This document shows positions 50,801 to 59,825 of a DNA stretch of 64,000 nucleotides, piece after piece (position 1 is the stretch's first letter; the number at the start of each line of letters is the position of its first letter). The position numbers were made by a program, and so were the translations under genes. The notes beneath the pieces were generated by a model. It was not told the DNA's origin, did no database searches, and saw only the letters and a list, made by a program, of their open reading frames with translations. The stretch spans positions 129,531 through 193,530 of the forward strand of contig CAWFGW010000007.1 in the NCBI GenBank assembly GCA_963815495.1, written 5' to 3'. The stretch comes from an uncultured Cytophagales bacterium (GTDB taxonomy: Bacteria; Bacteroidota; Bacteroidia; Cytophagales; JAAEPT01).

Positions 50801-50994
50801 TAAGTCCAATTTGCTATTGTTGTTTTTTTATATCGGATACGATACTCAATTCCAGTACCAGTCACCGAGGACCATGACAAGTTCGCAGAAGAACTTGTTA
50901 TGTTGGAGGCTGAAAATGAACTTGGTTTCTCACACGCAGCGTTTACTAGTTGTGCAGTCAGAAACATTGTTAATATTAGAAGTAGATTTTTCAT
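47824..50994 (-). CDS. secreted protein with ~11 fibronectin-type-III-like modules and a T9SS C-terminal sorting domain
   Basis: Signal peptide, then repeated ...ANLTW...EY..RYK....W.Y...I.TNS..LTGL.AG.QYQV.VGTEC... modules. C-terminal LSIYPNPTQDLLSI...SGIYHLVL is typical of a type A T9SS CTD. Confidence 0.8.
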   Translation of the reverse strand: MKNLLLILTMFLTAQLVNAACEKPSSFSASNITSSSANLSWSSVTGTGIEYRIRYKKTTIANWTYVFDIPSNTFMLNGLDAGVQYQVEVGTQCGEVEKSGFTQITFYTNPSYPCTIPSNLSVSGTTNSTTNLTWNAIAGTGVEYLVRYKVTTSDDWFYIYNIQTNSLTLTGLTAGIQYQVEVGTECDVDNLNKSGFSPSVTFYTAPNYSCTIPSNFQLISKTSSSANLTWQAIAGTGVEYLMRYKKTSSANWIYIYDIPTNSRTITGLDAGSQYQVQVGTECDIDNVSKSGFTTSIVFYTSPAYPCTTPTNLLASSITSSSANLTWSNNPGAQYLVRYKKTSSANWIYIFDISTNSRILTGLDAGIQYQVQVGTECDNDNVTKSGFTSSITFYTSPAYSCTIPSGLTASSISSSTANLSWTAIIGTGVEYLMRYKKTTSSNWVYIFDISTNSRILTGLDAGSQYQVQVGTECNVDNTSNSGFTSSFTFYTNSDYTCSIPTSLSTSGVTTNTVQFNWSENAGAEYLLRYKEANSPSWIYVNNIATNSYSVNPLDSGTLYTWQVRTECSIDNQVFSGFSIEDSVLTDYGVDCDSYLPLDLVVDSIDFKRSNLSWSSSTPFSVYNVRYRSLGTPSWTEISGLTDANIELTNLNQGTTYYVGVQLDCSNDYVSLVSSWSDSVDFETYICQAPTGISGTNIGENAGSVSWNPVPGADSYNVLYSPKSAPITDVINTSSTNVLLSSLYAGTVYRFEVQTVCSTEDDLISLYSTSLPGNRNDFTTSGVSICQPPANFSVSSFDDNSITLGWVDSGADSYIITTRASYETVWTPTTTTNPSSYTVASLDGGTLYRFRISAVCESGNLTSTWSGLLNQSTSGTSSCTVPKDIAITNITSTSAEVDWTSVAAATSYTFRYKLANSNNWIYDTNVGSNYKMLTSLTSSNIYAVQVSSNCSGETKSLPSESKVFTTLSGARSSVDFLSSEQTLSIYPNPTQDLLSINISEEFSGNVGVEIYSSKGTLVKSIDNEFVIDVSDLSSGIYHLVLTNYATNQTDKLSFSKID
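49240..50935. repeat. tandem ~280-290-bp coding repeats (first six Fn3 modules, highly similar)
   Basis: Modules 2-6 share long identical peptide runs (RYKKTSSANWIYI.DI.TNSR.LTGLDAG.QYQVQVGTEC). Boundaries are approximate. Confidence 0.6.
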
Positions 50995-51204
50995 ATCTTA
51001 TTGAATTATTATATGCAAGTTAATATTTTTATTACTAAATTTTTTAAATAATTACGAGACAAATTCATTTCTGGATTTATTTATTAGATTATATTTTTAA
51101 ACAAACCGTTGCCCGGCTCTTAACTAATGCTTTTTTGATATATAAAAAATGGATTTTTTTACTTAGTTATAAAAAGTTAATCCTTAGTTTTATTATTCCT
51201 TAGT

Positions 51205-52338
51205 TCAATTATAATGTGCTTCATACTGTTTCACAACATTTTCCAAAGAAAGTAGTTTTCTAGTCAAAGGAACAGCTTTTTCTTTAAATTCAGTATAGGG
51301 AAATTGATTATTTACAGCCTCTATAATTATATTTTTAAATTTATTAAAGTCGTTTGCTTTCACCACTATACCACACCGCGCTTCTTCCAGAATTTCTTTT
51401 GCAGAACTCACATCAAAAGAAATGACAGGTACTCCACAAGACAAACTCTCAATCATGCACCTCGCTAACCCCTCTCTATCAGAAACCACTAGCGACCAAT
51501 CAAAAACATTGTACCACTCCTCTACTCGTGCTTGATATGGCAACAATTGAACAAGTGATTCTAATTGATTTGCATGTACCAAGTCTTGACATTTTTTTGC
51601 ATAAGCATTCGTCACAGGTTCAAAGTCACCAATTAAATAAAACATTACTTTTTGTTTGATTTCAAGAGGTAGTGTAGCAACACACTTTTCAATAAATAAA
51701 TCTTGTTGTTTAATGTGTTCAAACCGCCCTACAATACCAAAAATTAATTTATTGGAAGGTAGATTTAGTTTCTCCTTTAATTGATTTTTATCCAAAGGCT
51801 TGAATTTATTAAAATCAACAATACTATAGGTATAGCTAATTTTATCTTTTACTACTGGAAAATGTTTGACCACACGATGCATCATATCTTTAGACAACAC
51901 TATGACATGATCTACAAAAGGAAGTACAATATTCCAGCTTCTTGGGTAAGTGGCTCCTTCAGGTTTAACAGCTCGCTTATTAAAAATCAACTTTTTAAAC
52001 GACAACTTTACTCCTAAAAAACTAGCCATCAATGATTGAATATCATTACAATGTACTGTAGATACATTTATACGTTTCAATAAGAAAAAAACATACAGGT
52101 TTCTAAATACTAAATTATATAACTTGTTTTTTTTCTCTCGTTTGACAACTACTGTTGCTCCGGCATTTTCCCACTTCAAATTGAAGTTAGAATTTGATTG
52201 CGTTAGCACATACACAGTGTGTTTTGAGGCAAGCTCCTGAATCACATTCGTGACACTTTGTACACCACCATTACCTTTAACACCGGTTTGGTAAATAATA
52301 AAAAGTATAGACTTATTTTGTGTAACTTCTAAAGGCAT
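51205..52338 (-). CDS. GT4-family glycosyltransferase
   Basis: REGLARCMIESLSCGVPVISF motif. Confidence 0.75.
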   Translation of the reverse strand: MPLEVTQNKSILFIIYQTGVKGNGGVQSVTNVIQELASKHTVYVLTQSNSNFNLKWENAGATVVVKREKKNKLYNLVFRNLYVFFLLKRINVSTVHCNDIQSLMASFLGVKLSFKKLIFNKRAVKPEGATYPRSWNIVLPFVDHVIVLSKDMMHRVVKHFPVVKDKISYTYSIVDFNKFKPLDKNQLKEKLNLPSNKLIFGIVGRFEHIKQQDLFIEKCVATLPLEIKQKVMFYLIGDFEPVTNAYAKKCQDLVHANQLESLVQLLPYQARVEEWYNVFDWSLVVSDREGLARCMIESLSCGVPVISFDVSSAKEILEEARCGIVVKANDFNKFKNIIIEAVNNQFPYTEFKEKAVPLTRKLLSLENVVKQYEAHYN

Positions 52339-52418
52339 AGATCTCTATTATTTTAAAAGAGAGCTCGAAAATAGCTTATTTCTTTAAAAGAACTTAATTT
52401 TCTGTTTCAATTTAGATT

Positions 52419-54914
52419 TTGGAACTCGAATTTCACCATAGTCAATCACCACAAGAGCGCAAAACACTTTTCGCTGATATAATATTACCTTTACCCCTTC
52501 CTAAGCTTTTTACCTATAGAGTACCCTATGATTTAAATGATGTAGTGGGAAAAGGTTTTCGTGTAGTCGTTCAATTTGGCAACCGTAAGGTATATACAGG
52601 TATAGTCGCTAAACTACACACAACGCCTCCGAGTAATTATGAAGCAAAATATATTTTAGATGTACTCGATGAAAAACCTGCTATCACATCAAAACAACTC
52701 GATTTTTATAACTGGTTAGCAGATTATTACCTCTGTAACATAGGTGATGTCATTCAGGCAGGACTTCCTTCTGGTCTAAAAATAAGCAGTGAGTCCCGAA
52801 TTCAACTTAATCCTCATACCGACATCGCTAGCTTGACTCTGAATGAGTATGAGACCCTAATTATTAATCACCTTCAAGAAAAAGATTTTTTAACCTATGA
52901 CGATGTTTCAAACATTACTCAGAAAAAAGGCATATCCAAGCTGATTCGTTCGCTGCTAGAGAAAGAAGCTATTCTGCTGTATGAAAAAATAAAAGATAAA
53001 TACCAGCCAAAAACGATTGCTAAAATTCGTCTATTGCCCGAGTATCTGTCTGAGAAAGCGATGGAAGAACTGTTTTCAGTACTTGAAAAAAAACAGAAAC
53101 AATTGGAAGTCTTGCTGCAATACTTACAAAAAGTACCTGTTTTAGATAACCCACAAGCCAATGAAGATGGAATCGAGAAGAACGCTTTATTAAACGCATC
53201 CATTTCTCCTTCTTCCTTAAATACACTGATTAAAAATAAGGTGTTTGTACAATTTGAACTGGTGGTCTCACGAATTGAAGAATTCGATCTTCCGGAACAA
53301 GAAATTAAGCTCAGTACTCACCAAGAGGAAAAAGAAAACGAACTATTACAACATTTTGAAACGAAAAACCATGTGTTGTTGCATGGCATCACGGGCAGCG
53401 GAAAAACAGAAATTTACATTAGCTTAATTCTAAAAGCGATTGAAAATGGCACGCATGTGTTATTGCTTTTACCTGAGATAGCCTTAACCACACAAATTGT
53501 GTCTCGGTTGCGCAAGGTGTTTGGCAACGACATGGCGGTTTATCACTCACGCTACAGTGATAATGAACGTGTGGAAGTATATAAAGGCGTATTAGAAAAT
53601 AATTACCCACTGATTGTGGGTGTACGTTCGGCTGTCTTTCTACCTTTCTCCAATTTAGGGATGGTCATCATCGATGAGGAGCACGATAGTTCTTACAAAC
53701 AATATGATCCGGCTCCGCGCTACAACGCACGCGATGCTGCACTGGTACTTGCTAAAATACATGGAGCAAAAGTATTACTCGGCTCTGCCACACCTTCGAC
53801 TGAAAGTTATTTTCATGCCTCTTCCGGTAAATGGGGTTATGTGAAACTGTTTGAACGCTATGGCAACGCTACGCTTCCAGATATTTTACCGGTTGATATT
53901 CGCTATGATCACCAAGGGGGATCTAGCTTTTCTAAAACCCTTTTACATGCAATTGAAGACCGCTTGAGCAAAAAAGAACAAGTGATCTTATTTCAAAACC
54001 GCAGGGGTTACTCGCCTTACATTGAATGTAACGACTGTAATGAAATTGTGATGTGCCCTAACTGTAATGTGAGTTTGACATACCACCAATTTTCTAACGA
54101 CATGCGGTGTCATTACTGTGGACATCATCAGGGAGTACCCACCAACTGTGAGGCGTGCGGCTCCACGAAAATAAACACCAAAGGGTTTGGTACTGAACGT
54201 ATTGAAGAAGGGTTGCAATTGTATTTTCCTGAAGCTGCTATTCAGCGCATGGACTTGGACACTACACGTAAAAAAACAGCTTACCAAACCATCATCGATG
54301 ATTTTGAATCGGGAAGAGTAGACATTTTGGTCGGCACCCAAATGGTCACAAAAGGCCTCGATTTTGACAACGTAAGTTTGGTGGGAGTTTTTGAAATCGA
54401 CCGTATGCTATACTTTCCCGATTATCGTTCGCATGAGCGCACTTACCAGATGCTAACACAAGTAAGCGGCAGAGCAGGACGAAAAGAGAAAAAAGGACTC
54501 GTAATCGTACAAACAAGCAACACCGAGCACGAAACGATTCAAGCGGTACTGAAAGGTGAGAAAGAGAACTTTTATACCAAAGAGATTAACGACCGCGAGG
54601 AGTTTAACTACCCCCCTTTTTCACGGTTAATTCGCATCACTATTCGTCATGAAGACAAGCTCAAAAGTATGGATAGTGCGACTTACCTTGCCCAGCAACT
54701 GCGTAGAAAATTACAACACCGCATACTTGGACCTGAAGAACCTGGGATCAACAGAATTAGAAACTTATTTTTAACAGATATCCTCATCAAACTCGAGCGT
54801 GGATCGCTAGATTTAGCTAAAGCCAAAGCCTTTATATTGGAGGAAGTCAACAAAATTAAAACGCATAAAACCCACCGAAAGTCGATGTATACAATTGATG
54901 TGGATCCGGTTTAA
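52419..54914 (+). CDS. priA: primosomal protein N' (replication restart helicase)
   Basis: Walker A GITGSGKTE, DEEHD, and a Cys-rich zinc module (CNDCN...CPNCN...CHYCG...CEACG). Confidence 0.9.
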   Translation: MELEFHHSQSPQERKTLFADIILPLPLPKLFTYRVPYDLNDVVGKGFRVVVQFGNRKVYTGIVAKLHTTPPSNYEAKYILDVLDEKPAITSKQLDFYNWLADYYLCNIGDVIQAGLPSGLKISSESRIQLNPHTDIASLTLNEYETLIINHLQEKDFLTYDDVSNITQKKGISKLIRSLLEKEAILLYEKIKDKYQPKTIAKIRLLPEYLSEKAMEELFSVLEKKQKQLEVLLQYLQKVPVLDNPQANEDGIEKNALLNASISPSSLNTLIKNKVFVQFELVVSRIEEFDLPEQEIKLSTHQEEKENELLQHFETKNHVLLHGITGSGKTEIYISLILKAIENGTHVLLLLPEIALTTQIVSRLRKVFGNDMAVYHSRYSDNERVEVYKGVLENNYPLIVGVRSAVFLPFSNLGMVIIDEEHDSSYKQYDPAPRYNARDAALVLAKIHGAKVLLGSATPSTESYFHASSGKWGYVKLFERYGNATLPDILPVDIRYDHQGGSSFSKTLLHAIEDRLSKKEQVILFQNRRGYSPYIECNDCNEIVMCPNCNVSLTYHQFSNDMRCHYCGHHQGVPTNCEACGSTKINTKGFGTERIEEGLQLYFPEAAIQRMDLDTTRKKTAYQTIIDDFESGRVDILVGTQMVTKGLDFDNVSLVGVFEIDRMLYFPDYRSHERTYQMLTQVSGRAGRKEKKGLVIVQTSNTEHETIQAVLKGEKENFYTKEINDREEFNYPPFSRLIRITIRHEDKLKSMDSATYLAQQLRRKLQHRILGPEEPGINRIRNLFLTDILIKLERGSLDLAKAKAFILEEVNKIKTHKTHRKSMYTIDVDPV

Positions 54915-54993
54915 TAAAACCCTTTTTTCTTCGCTATTTATTTAAAAGTTTTTAGATTGATTTTAGGTTTTTGAAGATTGAGTAAAAACGCAT

Positions 54994-55092
54994 AAAAAAA
55001 GCCCCGAAGATAGTCGAGGCAAGGCTAAATGTTTACACAACGGAATAATCCTTATTGTGAATTGCTTTCAAACATAACAAAGGTATCAGATA
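54994..55092 (-). ncRNA. tracrRNA (anti-repeat + nexus-like hairpin + intrinsic terminator)
   Basis: +55055-55074 equals nt 2-21 of the reverse-complemented CRISPR repeat. The minus-strand RNA reads ...UGUUUGAAAGCAAUUCACAAU-AAGGAUUAUUCCG-UUGUGUAAACAUUUAGCCUU-GCCUCGACUAUCUUCGGGGC-U7. The 5' end is approximate. Confidence 0.85.
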
Positions 55093-55115
55093 CTTTTAAA
55101 CATAAAAAATAAAAG

Positions 55116-58100
55116 ATGAAAAAGATTTTAGGGCTGGATTTGGGGACAAACTCGATTGGGTGGGCGCTAGTTAACCAAGATTTTGGAAATAAACAAGGAG
55201 AAATAATTGGTTTAGGAAGCCGAATTATTCCCATGAGTCAAGATATTCTCGGAGAATTTGGAAAAGGTAATTCGGTATCTCAAACCGCGGAAAGAACTGG
55301 CTACAGAGGAGTTCGAAGATTAAGAGAAAGGCACTTACTTCGTAGAGAACGATTACACCGAGTATTAAACATTTTATACTTTTTGCCTAAGCATTATGCC
55401 GACCAAATAGATTTTGAAAAAAAATTAGGGAAGTATGTTGAAGGTTCAGAACCAAAATTGGTTTATGACAACGACTTCATCTTCAAAAAGTCTTTTGAGG
55501 AGATGTTAAATGACTTTAAACAAAATCAACCACAGTTACTAATCAATAAAAAAGGAGAACCAGCTTTAGTCCCTTACGATTGGACTATTTATTATTTGCG
55601 TAAAAAAGCACTAACTCAAAAAATAGATAAACAAGAATTAGCATGGATTATCCTGAATTTCAATCAGAAACGTGGTTATTATCAGTTAAGAGGTGAAGAA
55701 GAGGAAGAAAACCCAAATAAGCTTGTTGAGTTCTATTCCTTAAGAATCGTTGATGTTGTACCTGATGAAGAACCCAATAAGAAAGGAGAAACGTGGTATT
55801 CATTACTTTTAGAAAACGGCTGGACTTATAGACGCTCCAGTAAAACTTCTTTGGATGATTGGAAAGACAAAATGAGAGACTTTATTGTTACTACTGACTT
55901 GAATGATGATGGTACAATTAAAACAGATAAAGATGGAGTTGAAAAGCGTAGTTTCAGAGCACCAAAAGAAGACGATTGGGGATTAGTTAAGAAAAAAACA
56001 GAACAGGAAATAGAACAAACAAACAAGACAGTCGGACAATACATCTATGATGCTTTACTTCGTGACCCTAAACAGAAGATAAAAGGGAAACTGGTTCGAA
56101 CTATAGAACGCAGATTTTACAAAGAAGAGTTAAAAGCTATTTTAAAGAAACAAATTGAATTTCAACCTGAATTATTTTCAGATGACTTGTATAATGAATG
56201 TATAAGAGAATTATACAAAAACAACGAAGCACATCAACTTTCTTTGAGCAAAAAAGGCTTCATAAACTTATTTGTTAATGACATCATATTCTATCAACGT
56301 CCATTAAGAAGTCAAAAATCTTCCATCAGTAATTGCTCTTTAGAATTCCGAACATATAAAGTTGATGGCATTAATAAGCAAGAATATTTGAAAGCCATTC
56401 CAAAATCAAATCCTTATTATCAAGAATTTAGAGTGTGGCAATGGTTGTATAATCTGAAAATTTTTAAAAATGAAGATGATACAGATGTAACTGGTTTTTT
56501 TATCAAGAGTGTTGAAGACATAGAAAATATTTTTGAATTTTTAATGAGTCAAAAAGAAGTTGATCATAAAGATGTTTTAAAGTATTTCTTCAATGATTTA
56601 AAAGGCAAAGCTTTAAATGAGGCAATTTCTCTGTATCGTTGGAATTATGTATTCGACTCTGAAAAAGGAGAATCGAAAAAATACCCAATGAATGAAACTG
56701 GACATGAAATTAACCGAAGGTTGAGCAAGGTTAATGATGTTCCATTAGGTTTCTTAAAAATGTTGGACACAAAAGAGATAACAACTAAGAAAACGAAAGA
56801 AAGGAGAATTGTAACACTAGGAACAAGAGAAGAACAGCTTTGGCAAATAATGTATTCAGTTACTGATAAAAAGGAATATGAGCAAGCTTTGAACTCTTTT
56901 GCAGATAAATACAATTTGGATAAAGAATCATTTGTAGAGAATTTTAAAAAATTCCCTCCTTTCAAAAGTGATTATGGTACTTTTTCAGAAAAAGCAATTA
57001 AAAGACTATTGCCTTTATTGAGAATAGGGAAATACTGGAATTGGGATAAAATTGATAAGCATACAAAAAACCGAATAGAAAATATAATCAATGCTGTAGA
57101 TGATGAAATAAGATTAATTGTTCGTGAAAAAGCTGAAAAACACCAATTAACATTGGAGAATGATTTTCAAGGGTTACCTCTTTGGTTGGCTCAATATATT
57201 GTTTACGACCGTCATTCAGAAGCAAGTGTTGCAGGTAAATGGAATTCCGTTTCAGATTTAGAAAACTTCCTTGAAGAATTCAAACAACATTCTTTACGCA
57301 ATCCGATTGTTGAGCAAGTGGTAACAGAAACACTTCGTGTGGTGAAAGACATTTGGCAGCATTACGGTTGCGGAGCTAAAGATTTCTTTGACGAAATTCA
57401 TATTGAGTTGGGTAGAGAAATGAAAAACACCGCAGATGAACGCAAAAGGTTGACAAGCATTGTAACAGAAAATCAAAACACAAATCTTCGTATCAAAGCT
57501 CTTTTAATTGAGATGATGAATGATATTAACGTTGAAAACGTACGTCCTTTTTCTCCATCGCAACAAGAGATATTAAAGATTTACGAAGAAGGTGTTCTTA
57601 ATTCAAGTATTGAAATTGAGGAAGAGATACTAAAAATCAGCAAAAAATCCGAACCCACAAAATCCGAATTACAACGCTATAAGTTATGGATGGAACAAAA
57701 ATACAGGTCACCATACACAGGACAAATTATTCCTTTGAATAAGTTATTTACACCTGAATATGAGATAGAACATATTATTCCACAAAGTAGATTTTTTGAT
57801 GATAGCTTTAGCAATAAAGTGATATGTGAATCAGCAGTTAATAAGCTAAAAGACAATCAAATTGGATTAGAATTTATCAAAAATCATTATGGACAAAAAA
57901 TTTCTCTAGGATTCGGGAAAGAGGTTCAGATTTTTACCGAAGAACAATACAAAGAATTTGTCAAAGAGAACTATTCAAAAAATAGAAGCAAGCGAAACAA
58001 GCTTTTGTTAGAAGACATTCCCGAAAAGATGATTGAAAGACAGCTAAATGATACGAGATACATCAGTAAATTCATCTCTCATGTATTATCGAATATTGTT

Positions 58101-59543
58101 AGAGGTGAAAAAACCGATGAAGGAGTGACGTCTAAAAATATTATTCCAGGAAACGGAAAAATAACAACTGAACTTAAACATGATTGGGGATTGAATGATG
58201 TTTGGAATGATTTGATTTTACCTCGTTTTGAGCGAATGAATGAAATAACAAAATCAAATGATTTCACTACATATAACAAAAAACACCAAAAACATCTTCC
58301 TACAGTTCCTTTCGAGCTAAGCAAAGGATTCCAAAAGAAGCGTATAGACCACAGGCATCATGCTTTAGATGCTTTAGTAATAGCTTGTGCAACTAGAGAT
58401 CATATCAATTTATTGAACAATCAATCTGGTAAATCTGAAATGAAGCGATATGATTTACAGAATAAATTACGCAGAAAAGAACCCTACTTTAATCAAAAAG
58501 AAAACAGACAAAAAGAAGCTTTTAAAGAGTTCTACAAACCATGGAAAACTTTTACCGAAGATACTCGAGAAGTATTGGAAACGACTGTTGTAAGTTTTAA
58601 ACAAAACCTTCGAGTCATTAATAAAGCAACGAATAAGCACGAAAAGTGGATAGAGAAAAACGGAGAAAAGAAAAAAGGATTAGTGGAGCAAATAGGCGTG
58701 AATTGGGCGATTAGAAAACCAATGCACAGAGAAACAGTTTCTGGAAAAATAGACTTACCTAGAATCAAAGTTGCTAAAGGGAAAATTTTAACGGCAACAA
58801 GAAAGAGTATTGACACTTCTTTTAATTTAAAAGTAATAGAATCTATTACAGACACAGGTATTCAAAAAATCCTTCAAAATTATTTATCAAGTAAGAATGG
58901 TGATTCTGAACTGGCTTTTTCTCCGGAAGGAATTGAAGATATGAATAAGAATATTGAAAAGTTTAATGAGGGAAAATTTCATCAGCCAATATATAAAGCA
59001 AGAATTTTTGAAGTCGGAAGTAAATTTTCATTAGGTCATTCTGGAAATAAAAAAGATAAATATGTAGAAGCAGCAAAAGGAACTAATCTATTCTTTGCGG
59101 TTTATCAAGATGAAATTGGAAAGAGAAGTTATGCAACCGTTCCATTAAACGAAGTTATTGAAAGACAAAAGCAAGGTCTGTTTTCAGTTCCCGAGACCAA
59201 TGAAAAAGGTGACAAACTTTTGTTTTCTCTTTCTCCAAATGATTTAGTTTATGTTCCTATGGAAAATGAAGATGTGAAAAGTATAAATTTTAATGATTTG
59301 ACAAAAGAACAAACTGATAGAATCTATAAAATGGAAAAAGCATCAGGCAGCGAATGTTATTTTATTCGATGTAATATTGCCACCTTGATTAAACAATATG
59401 ATGCTAAATCAAAATTAGGAGAACTTTCTAGTCAAAACAAATTAGAAACTACAATGGAAATCAACTCAACCGATAGAATCAAAGAACAATGTTGGAAATT
59501 AGAGACTACAAGATTAGGAGAGATTAAAAATGTAATTAAATAG
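55116..59543 (+). CDS. cas9: type II-C Cas9 (1475 aa)
   Basis: RuvC-I GLDLGTNSIGWA (Asp8, 55137-55139). Arg-rich bridge helix RTGYRGVRRLRERHLLRRERL. HNH YEIEHIIPQS...N (His886, 57771-57773). RuvC-III DHRHHALDALV. Confidence 0.95.
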   Translation: MKKILGLDLGTNSIGWALVNQDFGNKQGEIIGLGSRIIPMSQDILGEFGKGNSVSQTAERTGYRGVRRLRERHLLRRERLHRVLNILYFLPKHYADQIDFEKKLGKYVEGSEPKLVYDNDFIFKKSFEEMLNDFKQNQPQLLINKKGEPALVPYDWTIYYLRKKALTQKIDKQELAWIILNFNQKRGYYQLRGEEEEENPNKLVEFYSLRIVDVVPDEEPNKKGETWYSLLLENGWTYRRSSKTSLDDWKDKMRDFIVTTDLNDDGTIKTDKDGVEKRSFRAPKEDDWGLVKKKTEQEIEQTNKTVGQYIYDALLRDPKQKIKGKLVRTIERRFYKEELKAILKKQIEFQPELFSDDLYNECIRELYKNNEAHQLSLSKKGFINLFVNDIIFYQRPLRSQKSSISNCSLEFRTYKVDGINKQEYLKAIPKSNPYYQEFRVWQWLYNLKIFKNEDDTDVTGFFIKSVEDIENIFEFLMSQKEVDHKDVLKYFFNDLKGKALNEAISLYRWNYVFDSEKGESKKYPMNETGHEINRRLSKVNDVPLGFLKMLDTKEITTKKTKERRIVTLGTREEQLWQIMYSVTDKKEYEQALNSFADKYNLDKESFVENFKKFPPFKSDYGTFSEKAIKRLLPLLRIGKYWNWDKIDKHTKNRIENIINAVDDEIRLIVREKAEKHQLTLENDFQGLPLWLAQYIVYDRHSEASVAGKWNSVSDLENFLEEFKQHSLRNPIVEQVVTETLRVVKDIWQHYGCGAKDFFDEIHIELGREMKNTADERKRLTSIVTENQNTNLRIKALLIEMMNDINVENVRPFSPSQQEILKIYEEGVLNSSIEIEEEILKISKKSEPTKSELQRYKLWMEQKYRSPYTGQIIPLNKLFTPEYEIEHIIPQSRFFDDSFSNKVICESAVNKLKDNQIGLEFIKNHYGQKISLGFGKEVQIFTEEQYKEFVKENYSKNRSKRNKLLLEDIPEKMIERQLNDTRYISKFISHVLSNIVRGEKTDEGVTSKNIIPGNGKITTELKHDWGLNDVWNDLILPRFERMNEITKSNDFTTYNKKHQKHLPTVPFELSKGFQKKRIDHRHHALDALVIACATRDHINLLNNQSGKSEMKRYDLQNKLRRKEPYFNQKENRQKEAFKEFYKPWKTFTEDTREVLETTVVSFKQNLRVINKATNKHEKWIEKNGEKKKGLVEQIGVNWAIRKPMHRETVSGKIDLPRIKVAKGKILTATRKSIDTSFNLKVIESITDTGIQKILQNYLSSKNGDSELAFSPEGIEDMNKNIEKFNEGKFHQPIYKARIFEVGSKFSLGHSGNKKDKYVEAAKGTNLFFAVYQDEIGKRSYATVPLNEVIERQKQGLFSVPETNEKGDKLLFSLSPNDLVYVPMENEDVKSINFNDLTKEQTDRIYKMEKASGSECYFIRCNIATLIKQYDAKSKLGELSSQNKLETTMEINSTDRIKEQCWKLETTRLGEIKNVIK

Positions 59544-59606
59544 GTGTAATCAAAACCAATATTTCCGAAAACTAAATATTCACAAAGATTAAATAACAAA
59601 TAACCT

Positions 59607-59822
59607 ATGCAATCAGAAACTAATTATCACCTCTATAACAACGACAACTCGGTAAACTACTACCGAAGCACAGGACGCTATTTTTTGCATCAATGGTGTA
59701 AGTATATAACACCTGTGGTAGGCATGTGTGGATATTATTTAATGCCCATCCCTCTTATTTTTTTAATTAGAACACCTAAAGAAGAAAAAGTATTCGCATA
59801 TGTTCAAATGAAGAACCCCTAA
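59607..59822 (+). pseudogene. degenerate N-terminal fragment of a RAYT/IS200-like HUH transposase
   Basis: It aligns by eye with the intact RAYT at 63080-63682: YHLYNNDN/FHIYNHAN, RYFLHQ/RYFLRK, YITPV/YIYPL, YYLMPIPLIFLIRTPKE/YCLLPNHFHLMVRIRSE, VFAYV/LFEYL. HUH is lost (PLI instead of HFH). It ends at the same palindrome that lies inside the intact gene. Confidence 0.6.
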
Positions 59823-59825
59823 CCT

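Noticed and set aside
55052-55234. 60-aa minus-strand ORF overlapping the cas9 start
   Set aside because: It overlaps the tracrRNA anti-repeat and promoter and also the cas9 N-terminus. It has no motif, and the RNA gene explains the region better.
55826-58855. Several 60-107-aa antisense ORFs inside cas9 (55826, 56645, 57294, 58079, 58532)
   Set aside because: They are low-complexity and Lys/Phe/Ser-rich, as expected from the antisense of an AT-rich, Lys/Glu-rich gene. cas9 itself is continuous with all motifs.
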